From Clostridia bacterium (GTDB taxonomy: Bacteria; Bacillota; Clostridia; Oscillospirales; RGIG8002), in contig JAFRVI010000004.1 of assembly GCA_017438525.1 (NCBI GenBank), positions 15,281 to 79,280 on the forward strand: 64,000 nucleotides of DNA, read 5' to 3'. Each line of letters starts with the position of its first letter. Positions within the stretch are counted from its first letter, which is position 1. The position numbers were made by a program, and so were the translations under genes. Below are positions 1-8,933 of the stretch, piece by piece. The notes beneath the pieces were generated by a model. It worked only from the letters and a program-made list of their open reading frames with translations, made no database searches and had not been told where the DNA came from.

Positions 1-274
1 TATCTCCGGTCGCCTGCTTCGGATTCTTCGACTGGCGCTCGCGCACCGTACCGGTAACGCTTATTGTTGATTCCTTGTTGATTTCTTTAAATGCCGACAT
101 CATTTCGGCGGTTTCCGCTACGAGCTGCGTCGTGCCGTAAAAGTCGCGCAGCACAATGAAGGCGAAGTTTGATCCGACTTCGCGGACGTTTTCCATCCAC
201 CCGCAGAGTGTAACCGTTTTCCCCGTGTCCGAAAGGCGAAGCTCACCACAGTTATGAGTTCTTGACTGGAACAT
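1..274 (-). CDS. aspS: Aspartate-tRNA ligase, N-terminal part (runs off the left edge; not in ORF track)
   Basis: Manual translation from ATG at 274: MFQSRTHNCGELRLSDTGKTVTLCGWMENVREVGSNFAFIVLRDFYGTTQLV, the typical OB-fold N-terminus of AspRS (RTHxCGELR...LxGW...LRD..G.xQ); RBS-like GAAGG/AGGA upstream. Confidence 0.93.
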   Translation of the reverse strand, partial: MFQSRTHNCGELRLSDTGKTVTLCGWMENVREVGSNFAFIVLRDFYGTTQLVAETAEMMSAFKEINKESTISVTGTVRERQSKNPKQATGD

Positions 275-364
275 ATCTATCCTTCTTCCGTTTGAACTTA
301 TCCTTGTTATTTTCTCACATTTACGACTGATTGTCAATAGTTAAGAGCAAATCTTACATAACGG

Positions 365-393
365 TGGACAAAAGGGAAATAGTATGGTATAAT
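365..393 (+). promoter_or_regulatory. sigma-A promoter for trxA
   Basis: TGGACA-17nt-TATAAT with extended -10 TG. Confidence 0.7.
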
Positions 394-423
394 CATATCA
401 AAGAAACGTCAGGAGGTTTGAAA

Positions 424-738
424 ATGGCTGAATTGAAGATCACTTCCGAAAACTTCGACAGCGAGGTAACGAATTCGGAAATACCGGTTATTATAGACTT
501 CTGGGCGTCATGGTGCGGACCGTGCCGCATGCTTGCGCCCGTCATTGCCGAAATCGCCGAGGAGTACGCCGGAACAGTTAAGGTGGGCAAGGTGAACGTC
601 GATGAGGAGCCGGAGCTTGCTGCTGCATTCAGAGTGATGAGCATTCCAATGGTCGTGCTGATAAAGGACGGCAAAGTTGCTTCTACGTCAGTGGGATACA
701 AAACGAAGGACGAACTGATAAGCGCGCTCGGAATCTGA
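424..738 (+). CDS. trxA: Thioredoxin
   Basis: WASWCGPC active site; AGGAGG RBS before ATG 424 (ORF-track start 331 is an upstream extension through the promoter). Confidence 0.97.
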   Translation: MAELKITSENFDSEVTNSEIPVIIDFWASWCGPCRMLAPVIAEIAEEYAGTVKVGKVNVDEEPELAAAFRVMSIPMVVLIKDGKVASTSVGYKTKDELISALGI

Positions 739-796
739 CCGGCATAATCTGCGGCTGTTTGAGCGGAGATCGTTTTAAGTCCCGATGAACAGCGTT

Positions 797-835
797 AAAA
801 AATACGGATTGACCTGATGGTCAATCCGTATTTTT
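797..835. terminator. Bidirectional intrinsic terminator between trxA and tRNA-Leu
   Basis: AAAAAATACGGATTGACC-TGAT-GGTCAATCCGTATTTTT inverted repeat with A/T tails on both sides. Confidence 0.9.
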
Positions 836-921
836 GGTGCGGTCGGGGGGACTTGAACCCCCACGAGATTGCTCTCACTAGCCCCTCAAGCTAGCGCGTC
901 TGCCTATTCCGCCACGACCGC
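835..921 (-). tRNA. tRNA-Leu(GAG)
   Basis: Reverse complement GCGGTCGTGGCGGAATAGGCAGACGCGCTAGC-TTGAGGG-GCTAG...GGTTCAAGTCC...CGCACCA; long variable arm, encoded CCA, 87 nt. Confidence 0.97.
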
Positions 922-932
922 GTGCAAGAGGT

Positions 933-961
933 ATTATAATCGAATACCCCCGAGTTGTCAA
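933..961 (-). promoter_or_regulatory. Consensus sigma-A promoter for tRNA-Leu
   Basis: TTGACA-17nt-TATAAT on minus strand. Confidence 0.85.
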
Positions 962-990
962 CACTAAATTTTGATTTTTACGAAAAAAGT

Positions 991-1752
991 TTACAGTATA
1001 TTCAGTTTGCGGTTAATGATGGCGTTCGCGCCTTCAAAGCAGCCGACGCAGAGCGCGGAGAAGAATATCGCTCCGAATATCCCGTAGTCGCTCATTGTTT
1101 TTACGGATGCCTCTCCGATAAACGCGAATACCTTTTCAAAAACGCCGAATTCGAACGTCAGATAACTCAAGCCGCCGAGGACGCCGATGATCAGTACTCC
1201 GCTGATTACCGTAGCCGGAAGCCGCTGTTTCAGGAAGAGGTGGCCGACGGCTGCGGCGAGATATACGCCCGCGACGATGACCGCCGCGATCAGAAGCGCA
1301 AGCAGGGCGGCCATAAAGTTATAAAAGAATCCGAATCCCCGGTTGAAGAATACCGTTACTATCGGCGGGAGCACGGCGTGATATATCCAGTATGAGAAAA
1401 CGGAAACCGCCATTGTGCACGCGCACCATACCATAGCCGCAATGAATCTCGCGGTAAGATGCGCGCGTATCGTAACGGGCATCGTCATAGTGATTGTTCC
1501 TTCATCGCCGAGCATCGAGCGATAGACGCGCTGCGCTATAACGTACAGGGTGAGGAAGGCGCCGAGTGCCAGCACGAGATCGTTGAGTATGCGGACGACG
1601 TTTATGACGGTCTGCATGACCATTGCGTCGGATGAACCGCCGAAAAGGTTAAGCAGTCTGCCGGCGCCTGCGGCGACGAGCATAGCGGCGTAAAGCGGCA
1701 GCATAGTCTTCCAGGTAGAGATGAATTCGTGCTTGATGAGTTTTTTCAGCAT
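991..1752 (-). CDS. ABC-2-type transporter permease (6 TM)
   Basis: MLKKLIKHEF start, multiple hydrophobic segments, GDEGTITMTMPV motif typical of this permease family; overlaps ATPase stop. Confidence 0.8.
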   Translation of the reverse strand: MLKKLIKHEFISTWKTMLPLYAAMLVAAGAGRLLNLFGGSSDAMVMQTVINVVRILNDLVLALGAFLTLYVIAQRVYRSMLGDEGTITMTMPVTIRAHLTARFIAAMVWCACTMAVSVFSYWIYHAVLPPIVTVFFNRGFGFFYNFMAALLALLIAAVIVAGVYLAAAVGHLFLKQRLPATVISGVLIIGVLGGLSYLTFEFGVFEKVFAFIGEASVKTMSDYGIFGAIFFSALCVGCFEGANAIINRKLNIL

Positions 1753-2444
1753 TTGAATTCCTCCGTATACAAGGCGTGGACCGATTTGCCGTTATCGGCA
1801 CGCATTTTCTCCGCATCTGCGTAACGCGTTATTCTGCCCGCGGAAATAAACGCGGCGTCCTGAATTATACGCTCAACGTCGGACGGAGTCTGTGACGTGA
1901 TGATTACCGAGCTGTTATCCGGACGGCCGGAAACGATCGAGTCGAGGACGTAGCTTAAAGTCGCCGTATCAACGGATTTGACGGGATCGTCGAGCAAATA
2001 GAGCTTTGCGGCGCGGCTGACGGTTAGTGAAAGACGCAGCTTCTGAACGCTGCCCTTTGATAAATCCGCTAATTTATTCTTTGGCTCCACGCCGAGATCG
2101 GAGAGCATGGCGAGCGCTTTGCGTTCATCAAAATCCGCGTAGAAATCGCGGTAAACGCGCAGTATGCCGGCGACTGAATCGCGTTCGTTAAAGCCGTCTT
2201 TATCCGGAAGGAACGCGGTGATCCGCTTCGTTTCCGCTCCCGGCGTTTTGCCGTCGATGAGCAGTTCTCCGCCATTCGGCGTAAGCAGGCCGGCGGCGAG
2301 CTTCAAAAGCGTAGTTTTTCCGCTGCCTTTCGGTCCGAACAAGCCGACGATACGGCCCGGCTCGACAGTGAGATCAAGTCCGTTTACGGCGGGAGTATCG
2401 CCGTAGTTCTTTATCAGGTTTTTGCATTCAAGGATGGGGGACAA
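1746..2444 (-). CDS. ABC transporter ATP-binding protein, degenerate catalytic motifs
   Basis: Walker A GPKGSGKTT, signature LSKG, Walker B LYLLDD (E replaced), H-loop region TSQ; TTG start with GGAGGTG RBS. Confidence 0.88.
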   Translation of the reverse strand: MSPILECKNLIKNYGDTPAVNGLDLTVEPGRIVGLFGPKGSGKTTLLKLAAGLLTPNGGELLIDGKTPGAETKRITAFLPDKDGFNERDSVAGILRVYRDFYADFDERKALAMLSDLGVEPKNKLADLSKGSVQKLRLSLTVSRAAKLYLLDDPVKSVDTATLSYVLDSIVSGRPDNSSVIITSQTPSDVERIIQDAAFISAGRITRYADAEKMRADNGKSVHALYTEEFKC

Positions 2445-2469
2445 AACGCCACCTCCGTTTCTGTTCGTT

Positions 2470-2501
2470 AAAAGCCGCGGCTGTCGGATGGCGGCCGCGG
2501 C
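2470..2501 (-). terminator. Possible weak terminator after DUF1846 gene
   Basis: GCCGCGGC-12nt-GCCGCGGC stem followed by TTTT on minus strand. Confidence 0.45.
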
Positions 2502-2507
2502 GAAGGA

Positions 2508-3995
2508 TTATTTTCTGTAAAGTCGCTTGCCGCGAATTACCGGCTCGCTCGTGAGGTTTATCCCGAGCTTTTTGAGTGTGGATTCGTCAACGCTGGCGAG
2601 CATAACCGAGGTGTGCATTTCCGCGTGGCGAAGCTTTCCGAGCTGTTTCAACGCAAGGTCGGCAGTCGGATTCGTCGCCGCGCTTATCGCAAGAGCGATG
2701 AGTATTTCATCGGTGTGAAGGCGGGGATTGCTGTTGCCGAGTTCGACGGTCTTGAGTTTTTGGATCGGCTCGATGATGATCGGAGATATCAGCAGTATAT
2801 CGTGATGAATACCGCCGAGCACCTTAAGAGCGTTGAGCAGCGCGGCCGCTGATGCTCCGAGAAGGGAGGAGGTTTTGCCGGTAACGATGCGTCCGTCGTC
2901 GAGCTGTATCGCGGCGGCGGGTGCTCCGGTTTCCTTTTCGCGCTCAAGCGCGGCGGCAACTACAGGACGGAAGCTTTCGTCGACGCCGGCCTGCTTCATC
3001 AGCATTTCGTTTTTATAGACGGCTTCGCTGCTGACCTTGCCGTTTTTGGCGGCGCAGACCGTGTTGTAGTATCTGCGTACTATCTCCTGATTCGACGCCT
3101 CGCATACGACTTCGTCGTCAATTATGCAATTGCCCGCCATGTTGACGCCCATGTCCGTCGGAGATTTATAGGGGCATTCACCGCCGCTGATCTGCTCAAA
3201 CAGAGCTTTCAGAACGGGGAAAATCTCAACGTCGCGGTTATAGTTGACCGCGGTCGTGCCGTACGCTTCGAGATGGAAGGGGTCGATCATATTGACGTCG
3301 TTGAGGTCCGACGTCGCGGCCTCATACGCGAGGTTGACAGGGTGCTTCAGGGGCAGGTTCCAGATCGGGAAGGTCTCAAACTTAGCGTATCCGGATTTGA
3401 TACCGCACTTACTGTCGTGATAGAGCTGCGAAAGGCAGGTTGCCATCTTGCCGCTGCCGGGGCCGGGCGCCGTTATGACGACGAGCGGGTGAGTTGTCTC
3501 GATGTATTCGTTTTTACCGAAGCCGTCGTCGCTGACGATGAGAGGGATGTTTGAAGGATAACCGTCTATGCGATAGTGGCGATAGACCTTGAGGCCGAGG
3601 TTTTCAAGACGCTCCTTGAAAAGACGGCAGGCGGGCTGATCGCTGTACTGCGTTATAACGACGCTGCTGACGTAGAGTCCGCAGTCGCGGAACGCATCGA
3701 TAAGCCGCAGAACGTCGGAGTCGTAAGTTATGCCGAGATCGCCGCGGATCTTGCTGTTTTCAATGTCGGAGGAGTTGATGACAACGACGACTTCCGCCTT
3801 GTCCGCGACCTTCAGAAGCATACGGATCTTTGAGTCGGGCGCGAAACCCGGAAGTACGCGCGAAGCGTGCAGATCGTCGAAAAGTTTGCCGCCGAATTCG
3901 AGGTAAAGCTTACCGCCGAACTGGTCGATGCGTTTTTCGATGTTTTCAGACTGCATCGCGATATACTTGGCATTGTCAAAACCGACTTTGAACAT
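2508..3995 (-). CDS. DUF1846 / UPF0371 family protein
   Basis: KLYLEFGGKLFDDLHASRVLPGF, TAPGPGSGKMATCLSQLYH, YAKFETFP motifs; likely start ATG 3995. Confidence 0.9.
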   Translation of the reverse strand: MFKVGFDNAKYIAMQSENIEKRIDQFGGKLYLEFGGKLFDDLHASRVLPGFAPDSKIRMLLKVADKAEVVVVINSSDIENSKIRGDLGITYDSDVLRLIDAFRDCGLYVSSVVITQYSDQPACRLFKERLENLGLKVYRHYRIDGYPSNIPLIVSDDGFGKNEYIETTHPLVVITAPGPGSGKMATCLSQLYHDSKCGIKSGYAKFETFPIWNLPLKHPVNLAYEAATSDLNDVNMIDPFHLEAYGTTAVNYNRDVEIFPVLKALFEQISGGECPYKSPTDMGVNMAGNCIIDDEVVCEASNQEIVRRYYNTVCAAKNGKVSSEAVYKNEMLMKQAGVDESFRPVVAAALEREKETGAPAAAIQLDDGRIVTGKTSSLLGASAAALLNALKVLGGIHHDILLISPIIIEPIQKLKTVELGNSNPRLHTDEILIALAISAATNPTADLALKQLGKLRHAEMHTSVMLASVDESTLKKLGINLTSEPVIRGKRLYRK

Positions 3996-4033
3996 AAAAC
4001 ATTCCCCCGACAAATTCTTACAAATTCAGAGAT

Positions 4034-4062
4034 ATTATATTACATTTTGCCGGAAGATTCAA
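4034..4062 (-). promoter_or_regulatory. sigma-A promoter for DUF1846 gene
   Basis: TTGAAT-17nt-TATAAT. Confidence 0.7.
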
Positions 4063-4091
4063 CTGTATTTTTGAAAATAGGAATAAAAATC

Positions 4092-4120
4092 TTGATATAA
4101 TCGATGATTGATGATATAGT
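4092..4120 (+). promoter_or_regulatory. sigma-A promoter for cdd
   Basis: TTGATA-17nt-TATAGT with extended -10 TG. Confidence 0.65.
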
Positions 4121-4160
4121 ATCAATAGATGGTTATAAATAATCTCAGGAGGTGAGCTCG

Positions 4161-4550
4161 ATGAACGGAAAAACCTTGATAGAAGCCGCACGGGATGCGA
4201 GAAAAAAGTCGTATTCACCGTATTCGCATCATTCCGTAGGCGCTGCTCTGCTGGCTAAAAGCGGAAAGGTTTATATGGGCTGCAACATAGAAAACGCGAC
4301 GTTTTCACCCACTATCTGCGCCGAACGCACTGCCTTTGCAAAGGCGATCAGTGAAGGCGAACGCGAGTTTGAAGCGATTGCTGTAGTCGGAGGCGTCGAA
4401 GACGACAGGTCCGTTTGCTATCCGTGCGGCGTTTGCCGCCAGTTTATGAGCGAGTTTTGTTCCGACGATTTCAAACTATATTTTGCTGACGGTGACAATA
4501 CCGTTGAATACAGATTTGATGAAATATTGCCTCACAGGTTCTATCTGTGA
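4161..4550 (+). CDS. cdd: Cytidine deaminase
   Basis: SYSPYS, GCNIENA, CAERTA, PCGVCRQ zinc motifs; AGGAGGTG RBS before ATG 4161. Confidence 0.96.
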   Translation: MNGKTLIEAARDARKKSYSPYSHHSVGAALLAKSGKVYMGCNIENATFSPTICAERTAFAKAISEGEREFEAIAVVGGVEDDRSVCYPCGVCRQFMSEFCSDDFKLYFADGDNTVEYRFDEILPHRFYL

Positions 4551-4559
4551 GGCGTTCCT

Positions 4560-6596
4560 CTATTTGAGCTTAACACATACGGCTGTTATATCGTCGGCAG
4601 GGGAAGAGCCGTAGCTTTCTCTGCCGGTTTTCACTATTCTGCTGCATATGTTATTAACGTCTGAATCGTAAAAGCGGGAGTTTTCGATCCATTCGTCGCC
4701 GTTGTTGAGCGCCCCGTCCGAAACCATTATCAGACAGTCTCCTTTTTTCAGCTTTGAGGAAATAACGTCAAAGCGCGCTTCATTCAGTATTCCGACCGGC
4801 AGCGTCGCTGAAAAGAGTCGCCGGACGCGATTGTTCGATACCAGATAGCTTGCCGCGGCGCCGGCTTTCGCAATCGAGAATTCTCCGCTTTCAACGTCGA
4901 GCCGGCAGATATCTGCGGTGGCGAAAGACTCGTCGCCGCCTTTCAGTTTCAGTGCGGCATTCGCGAGTTTAAGAGCGGTCGCGAAAGAGAAACCGCTGAT
5001 CAGAAAGCGTTTCAGCAATCTGCAAGTCATACCGCTGTCTATCGATGCAAGCTTACCGGAGCCCATCCCGTCGCTGATGATAACAAAAAGGTGTTTTCCT
5101 TGTATGAAGTATTCACAGTTATCGCCGGAGTTTATCTCTTTCTCGTTTTTATATCGCGAGCATCCGATTTCAACGTGTTTAACGGGATCGATCATACGCT
5201 CGGTTGCTGCCGGTTCTGTTGCGATTTCTGTAGAAATATCCTCCAAAGCGTCGGATACAATCGCATATATATCGGTTGACAATTCGCGCAAATCCTGTGT
5301 TTCCGCAACGGACTCATTGTAGTGGAGCATATAGCTTCTAATTTCATTCTCCATCTCGGTTAAATGCGCGCATCTCGGAAGCGACGCCGCGGTCGCCGTG
5401 CCGTTGAGAGCGTCGTTTGCGTACTTTGCTATTCCTTTTTCTACCTCGTTTCGCTTGACGCCGCTGCAGAACTTAGTCAGCTCGCATTTGTCGCATAGAG
5501 CGGCGCGGATATGATCGACGCAGCTCTCCGGAGTCGGAGCAAGCTCTTTACTTACTTCTGACGAAACGTCGGCAATACTGTCGCCGAGATAACGGAACAG
5601 AGTGGCGGTTTCTTTAATTCTATCCGCGGCATATTCTCCCGCCGTATTTTCACGCTCACTCTCTTTTAGCAGCGAGGCGCGTGTCAGATATCTCTGGGGT
5701 ATGATTATCAGTATAAAAGCGGCGGCGAGCACTTCTATCATCTGAGGAAGTAGCTCGACAATCGGTGTGAATATCAGATTGAAGCCGAACCGCAGGGCTA
5801 TAAATCCGGCGGCGCAGGGTAGCTTTCCGAGTGGGAACAGAGTCCGCGCCGCCATAACGCACGCCGGCAGGATAAGGAAATACTCCGCTCTTAAAGCTCC
5901 CAGCGCCCATGCCGCCCCGAAGAAAGCGGAGGTGAAGAACGCTTCCGTCCCGTTCAACCTTACGGCGAAAGTGAGCGCTGCCGCCGATGCCGCTAACGCG
6001 AGCGGGCTTACGCCGAATACCTTGACCGATTCGAGCGGCAGAAGCAGCAAAAACGCAGCGGCCGCGGCATAGGCGAGTTTCGACGGCGAGAGCCCGAATA
6101 AGCTCTTGCCGTATAATTCAACGGAGTTTTTGAAGATGAAAGCCGAGCCGGCGGCGACCGCCGAAAGTCCTATCCAACCCATACTTGACGATAATTCCGA
6201 TAACTTGATATCTCCGCACAGTATTCCTGTTACCGTGAGCGCCAGAAATACCGCGATCGGCGCAATATAAGCATCGGAAACGGTTTTGCCTTTGCCTTTG
6301 AAAATGAGCCGGAAAAGCAGTATTGCCGTCATTGCCGATACCGGCGCCGCCGATTCGTAGAACGAATTGGTCATATATGAAAAGAAACCGCCGAGATAGC
6401 ACAGGAACACCCAGCTTCGCGGCATTACCGCCGCGGCTGCGACCGCGAACGGAGAAACGCCTATCGCTTTTATCGGAAGCGCGGTTATAAACCCGAACGC
6501 GGCAGCCGCAGCTGCCTTTACTCCGCTGAAGGTAAGCAGCTTTTCTGCGGTCGGCTTTAACGATTTTGCTTTTCTTTCGGTGATTGTATTGTTCAT
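4560..6596 (-). CDS. spoIIE: Stage II sporulation protein E (multi-TM + PP2C phosphatase), shortened regulatory region
   Basis: About 10 N-terminal TM segments, CDKCELTKFC Cys motif, PP2C motifs SGDN, ISDGMGSG, VSDG, ADDIT; GGAGGAGG RBS. Confidence 0.88.
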   Translation of the reverse strand: MNNTITERKAKSLKPTAEKLLTFSGVKAAAAAAFGFITALPIKAIGVSPFAVAAAAVMPRSWVFLCYLGGFFSYMTNSFYESAAPVSAMTAILLFRLIFKGKGKTVSDAYIAPIAVFLALTVTGILCGDIKLSELSSSMGWIGLSAVAAGSAFIFKNSVELYGKSLFGLSPSKLAYAAAAAFLLLLPLESVKVFGVSPLALAASAAALTFAVRLNGTEAFFTSAFFGAAWALGALRAEYFLILPACVMAARTLFPLGKLPCAAGFIALRFGFNLIFTPIVELLPQMIEVLAAAFILIIIPQRYLTRASLLKESERENTAGEYAADRIKETATLFRYLGDSIADVSSEVSKELAPTPESCVDHIRAALCDKCELTKFCSGVKRNEVEKGIAKYANDALNGTATAASLPRCAHLTEMENEIRSYMLHYNESVAETQDLRELSTDIYAIVSDALEDISTEIATEPAATERMIDPVKHVEIGCSRYKNEKEINSGDNCEYFIQGKHLFVIISDGMGSGKLASIDSGMTCRLLKRFLISGFSFATALKLANAALKLKGGDESFATADICRLDVESGEFSIAKAGAAASYLVSNNRVRRLFSATLPVGILNEARFDVISSKLKKGDCLIMVSDGALNNGDEWIENSRFYDSDVNNICSRIVKTGRESYGSSPADDITAVCVKLK

Positions 6597-6620
6597 TATA
6601 TCCTCCTCCCGTACGGTAAT

Positions 6621-6676
6621 ACTTTAACGCTTGTCCCGTCGGAATCCGTGTCAAAAAATGTTTGAAAAATCCGACA
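6621..6676 (-). promoter_or_regulatory. Spo0A-type sigma-A promoter of spoIIE with 0A-box-like sites
   Basis: TTGACA (6654-6649)-22nt-TAAAGT (6626-6621); TGNCGAA-like heptamers CGTCGGA 6637-6643, TGTCAAA 6649-6655, TGTCGGA (minus) 6670-6676. Confidence 0.55.
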
Positions 6677-6764
6677 AATTGTGTTTAATACTCTTTATTT
6701 ATCCCACAAAATGTGGTATTATATATGAAACGTATCTAAATCGACGGAATAGGATGGTGGAAAA

Positions 6765-8117
6765 ATGGAAACTGTCGGGATAATAACGCTGATTGTCGCC
6801 TGTATTGCTTGCGTTTTGTCGGCTTGCGCGTTTATTGCTGCGCTTTCCGGAAAAAAGAAGGGGGATAACCTCGAGTTAAAACGCGATATTATCGATGAAC
6901 TGCGCGCGACGCGGAGCGAGCTTTCCGTGCAGACGCAGACTGCCTCGAAAAACAGCTTTGAAAACGTCGCGGAGCTCCAGCGCAGCGTTGCTCAGAAACA
7001 GGACGTCCGCATTTCCGAGCTTTCTACTAATCTGATAGAGAGTCAGCGCGCGCTTCGTCAGTCGCTCGCAAATACGATGAGTGAAATGAACGAGCGTATC
7101 CGGGCTTTCTCGGAGCAGAACGAAAAGAAGCTCGAGAGCATCCGCGTTTCGACTAACGAAAGCATCAGACTGATGATAGAGGAAAACGGCAAAAAGCTTG
7201 ACGAGATGCGTAATACCGTTGATGAAAAACTGCAGAAGACGCTCGAAGAGCGCCTGCAGCGTTCGTTCTCCGCGGTCAGCGAGCAGCTTGAAAAGGTTTA
7301 CAAGGGCCTGGGCGAAATGAAATCCGTCGCATCCGACGTCGGCGATCTCAAGAAGGTTTTGTCCAACGTGAAGACGCGCGGAACGCTCGGTGAATACCAG
7401 CTCGGCGCGATCCTCGAACAGATACTCTCGCCTGAGCAATACGAGGTGAATATAGCGACTGTAAAAGGAAGCTCCGACAGGGTGGAGTATGCGATACGCC
7501 TTCCCGGCGACGGGGACGAATCCGTTTTCCTGCCGATAGACGCGAAATTTCCCTCGGATCTTTACCAGCAGCTTCTTGACGCGCGCGAAAGCGGTGACGC
7601 CGCCGCCGTCGAAGCAGCGGGGAAGCAGCTTGAAAGCCGCATAAGAAACGAGGCAAAAACAATACACGCCAAGTACGTTTCGCCGCCTGCGACCACGGAT
7701 TTCGGTATTCTTTTCCTTCCTTTTGAGGGCCTTTATGCCGAAGTTGTCCAGCGCGGACTTGTTGAGGTTCTCCAGCGCGAAAGCAAGATCATGATTGCCG
7801 GTCCGACGACTATGGCGGCGCTGCTTAACAGCTTGCAGATGGGCTTCCGTACTCTTGCGATAAAGAAGCACACTTCTGAGGTGTGGAACGCGTTGGCGGC
7901 AGTTAAGAGCGAGTTCGAGAAATTCGGCACCGTGCTCAAAAAGACACAGGACCGTCTCGACCAGGCGCGCGAGGAGCTCGAAACGCTCGTCGGCACGCGT
8001 ACGCGCAAGATCCAGCTGCGACTCGACGCAATGACCAAACTCGGCTCGAATGACGACGCGCTCGACTTCGGACGCGCGGTGGCGCTTATCGAGGGCGATG
8101 ATTCCGTCGCGGAATAA
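6765..8117 (+). CDS. rmuC: DNA recombination protein RmuC family
   Basis: N-terminal TM, coiled coil, KTRGTLGE.QL, LPIDAKFP, KYVSPPATTDFGILFLPFEGLYAE motifs. Confidence 0.95.
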   Translation: METVGIITLIVACIACVLSACAFIAALSGKKKGDNLELKRDIIDELRATRSELSVQTQTASKNSFENVAELQRSVAQKQDVRISELSTNLIESQRALRQSLANTMSEMNERIRAFSEQNEKKLESIRVSTNESIRLMIEENGKKLDEMRNTVDEKLQKTLEERLQRSFSAVSEQLEKVYKGLGEMKSVASDVGDLKKVLSNVKTRGTLGEYQLGAILEQILSPEQYEVNIATVKGSSDRVEYAIRLPGDGDESVFLPIDAKFPSDLYQQLLDARESGDAAAVEAAGKQLESRIRNEAKTIHAKYVSPPATTDFGILFLPFEGLYAEVVQRGLVEVLQRESKIMIAGPTTMAALLNSLQMGFRTLAIKKHTSEVWNALAAVKSEFEKFGTVLKKTQDRLDQAREELETLVGTRTRKIQLRLDAMTKLGSNDDALDFGRAVALIEGDDSVAE

Positions 8118-8220
8118 TTTGTTTGTAAATATTTGGATTTTACACTTTACAACCGGTATGTTTATGTAGTAAAATATTCGTTAGTATAATTCTGATTACA
8201 GAATGAAGTAGGGGTGCCTG

Positions 8221-8931
8221 ATGAAAGATATGTATAAAAGAATCCTGTTGAAAATCAGCGGGGAAGCCCTCGCCGGAGAATATGGCCACGGACTTGATTA
8301 TGAGACATTACAGCGCATCTCGTCGAGTGTTAAAAAGGTCTATGAGCTCGGCGTCGAGATAGCGATCGTCGTCGGCGGCGGCAATTTCTGGCGCGGAAGG
8401 CAGCACGAGAGTATGGATCGTACCACGGCCGACCATATAGGCATGCTCGCGACGACCATGAACGCGCTTGCGCTTGCGGATGCGATTCAGGAGCAGGGAG
8501 TGCCCACGCGCGTGATGACCGCTATTGAAATGAAATCAATTGCCGAGCCGTATATCAGAGGACGCGCGATCAGGCATTTCGACAAAAACCGCGTAATAGT
8601 TTTCGGCGCCGGCACGGGCAATCCTTTCTTCTCGACCGATACCGCAGCGGCGCTTCGCGCGGCCGAGATCGAAGCCGACATCATAATGAAGGCCACCAAC
8701 GTAGACGGTGTGTTCAACAAGGATCCTCATAAGTATCCCGACGCCGTCAAGATCGATGAATTGACCTACCTTGACGTTATCAATCAGCAGCTTGGCGTTA
8801 TGGATTATGCGGCCATATCGCTTTGTATGGAGAACAGGATACCCATTCTTGTGTTTAATCTCAACGACCCCGACAACATCTTCAGAGCCGTTAAGGGCGA
8901 GAAGATAGGGACAACAGTAAAGGAGTTTTGA
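8221..8931 (+). CDS. pyrH: UMP kinase
   Basis: [37 protein letters not shown]. Confidence 0.98.
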   Translation: MKDMYKRILLKISGEALAGEYGHGLDYETLQRISSSVKKVYELGVEIAIVVGGGNFWRGRQHESMDRTTADHIGMLATTMNALALADAIQEQGVPTRVMTAIEMKSIAEPYIRGRAIRHFDKNRVIVFGAGTGNPFFSTDTAAALRAAEIEADIIMKATNVDGVFNKDPHKYPDAVKIDELTYLDVINQQLGVMDYAAISLCMENRIPILVFNLNDPDNIFRAVKGEKIGTTVKEF

Positions 8932-8933
8932 CT

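Noticed and set aside
331-423. N-terminal extensions in ORF-track calls (trxA 331, S component 19647, ECF ATPase 21161, pssA 27253, esterase 2 42741, ispG 13295)
   Set aside because: Downstream starts have better RBSs and match family N-termini. The extensions cross promoters or neighbouring genes.
6876-7871. Long antisense ORFs (e.g. 6876-7871, 11570-12307, 16707-17672, 36756-37553, 39192-40025, 41434-42333, 47142-48044, 34870-35682)
   Set aside because: They lie opposite well-supported genes and have no recognisable motifs or RBS. They are the expected shadows of GC-biased codon usage.
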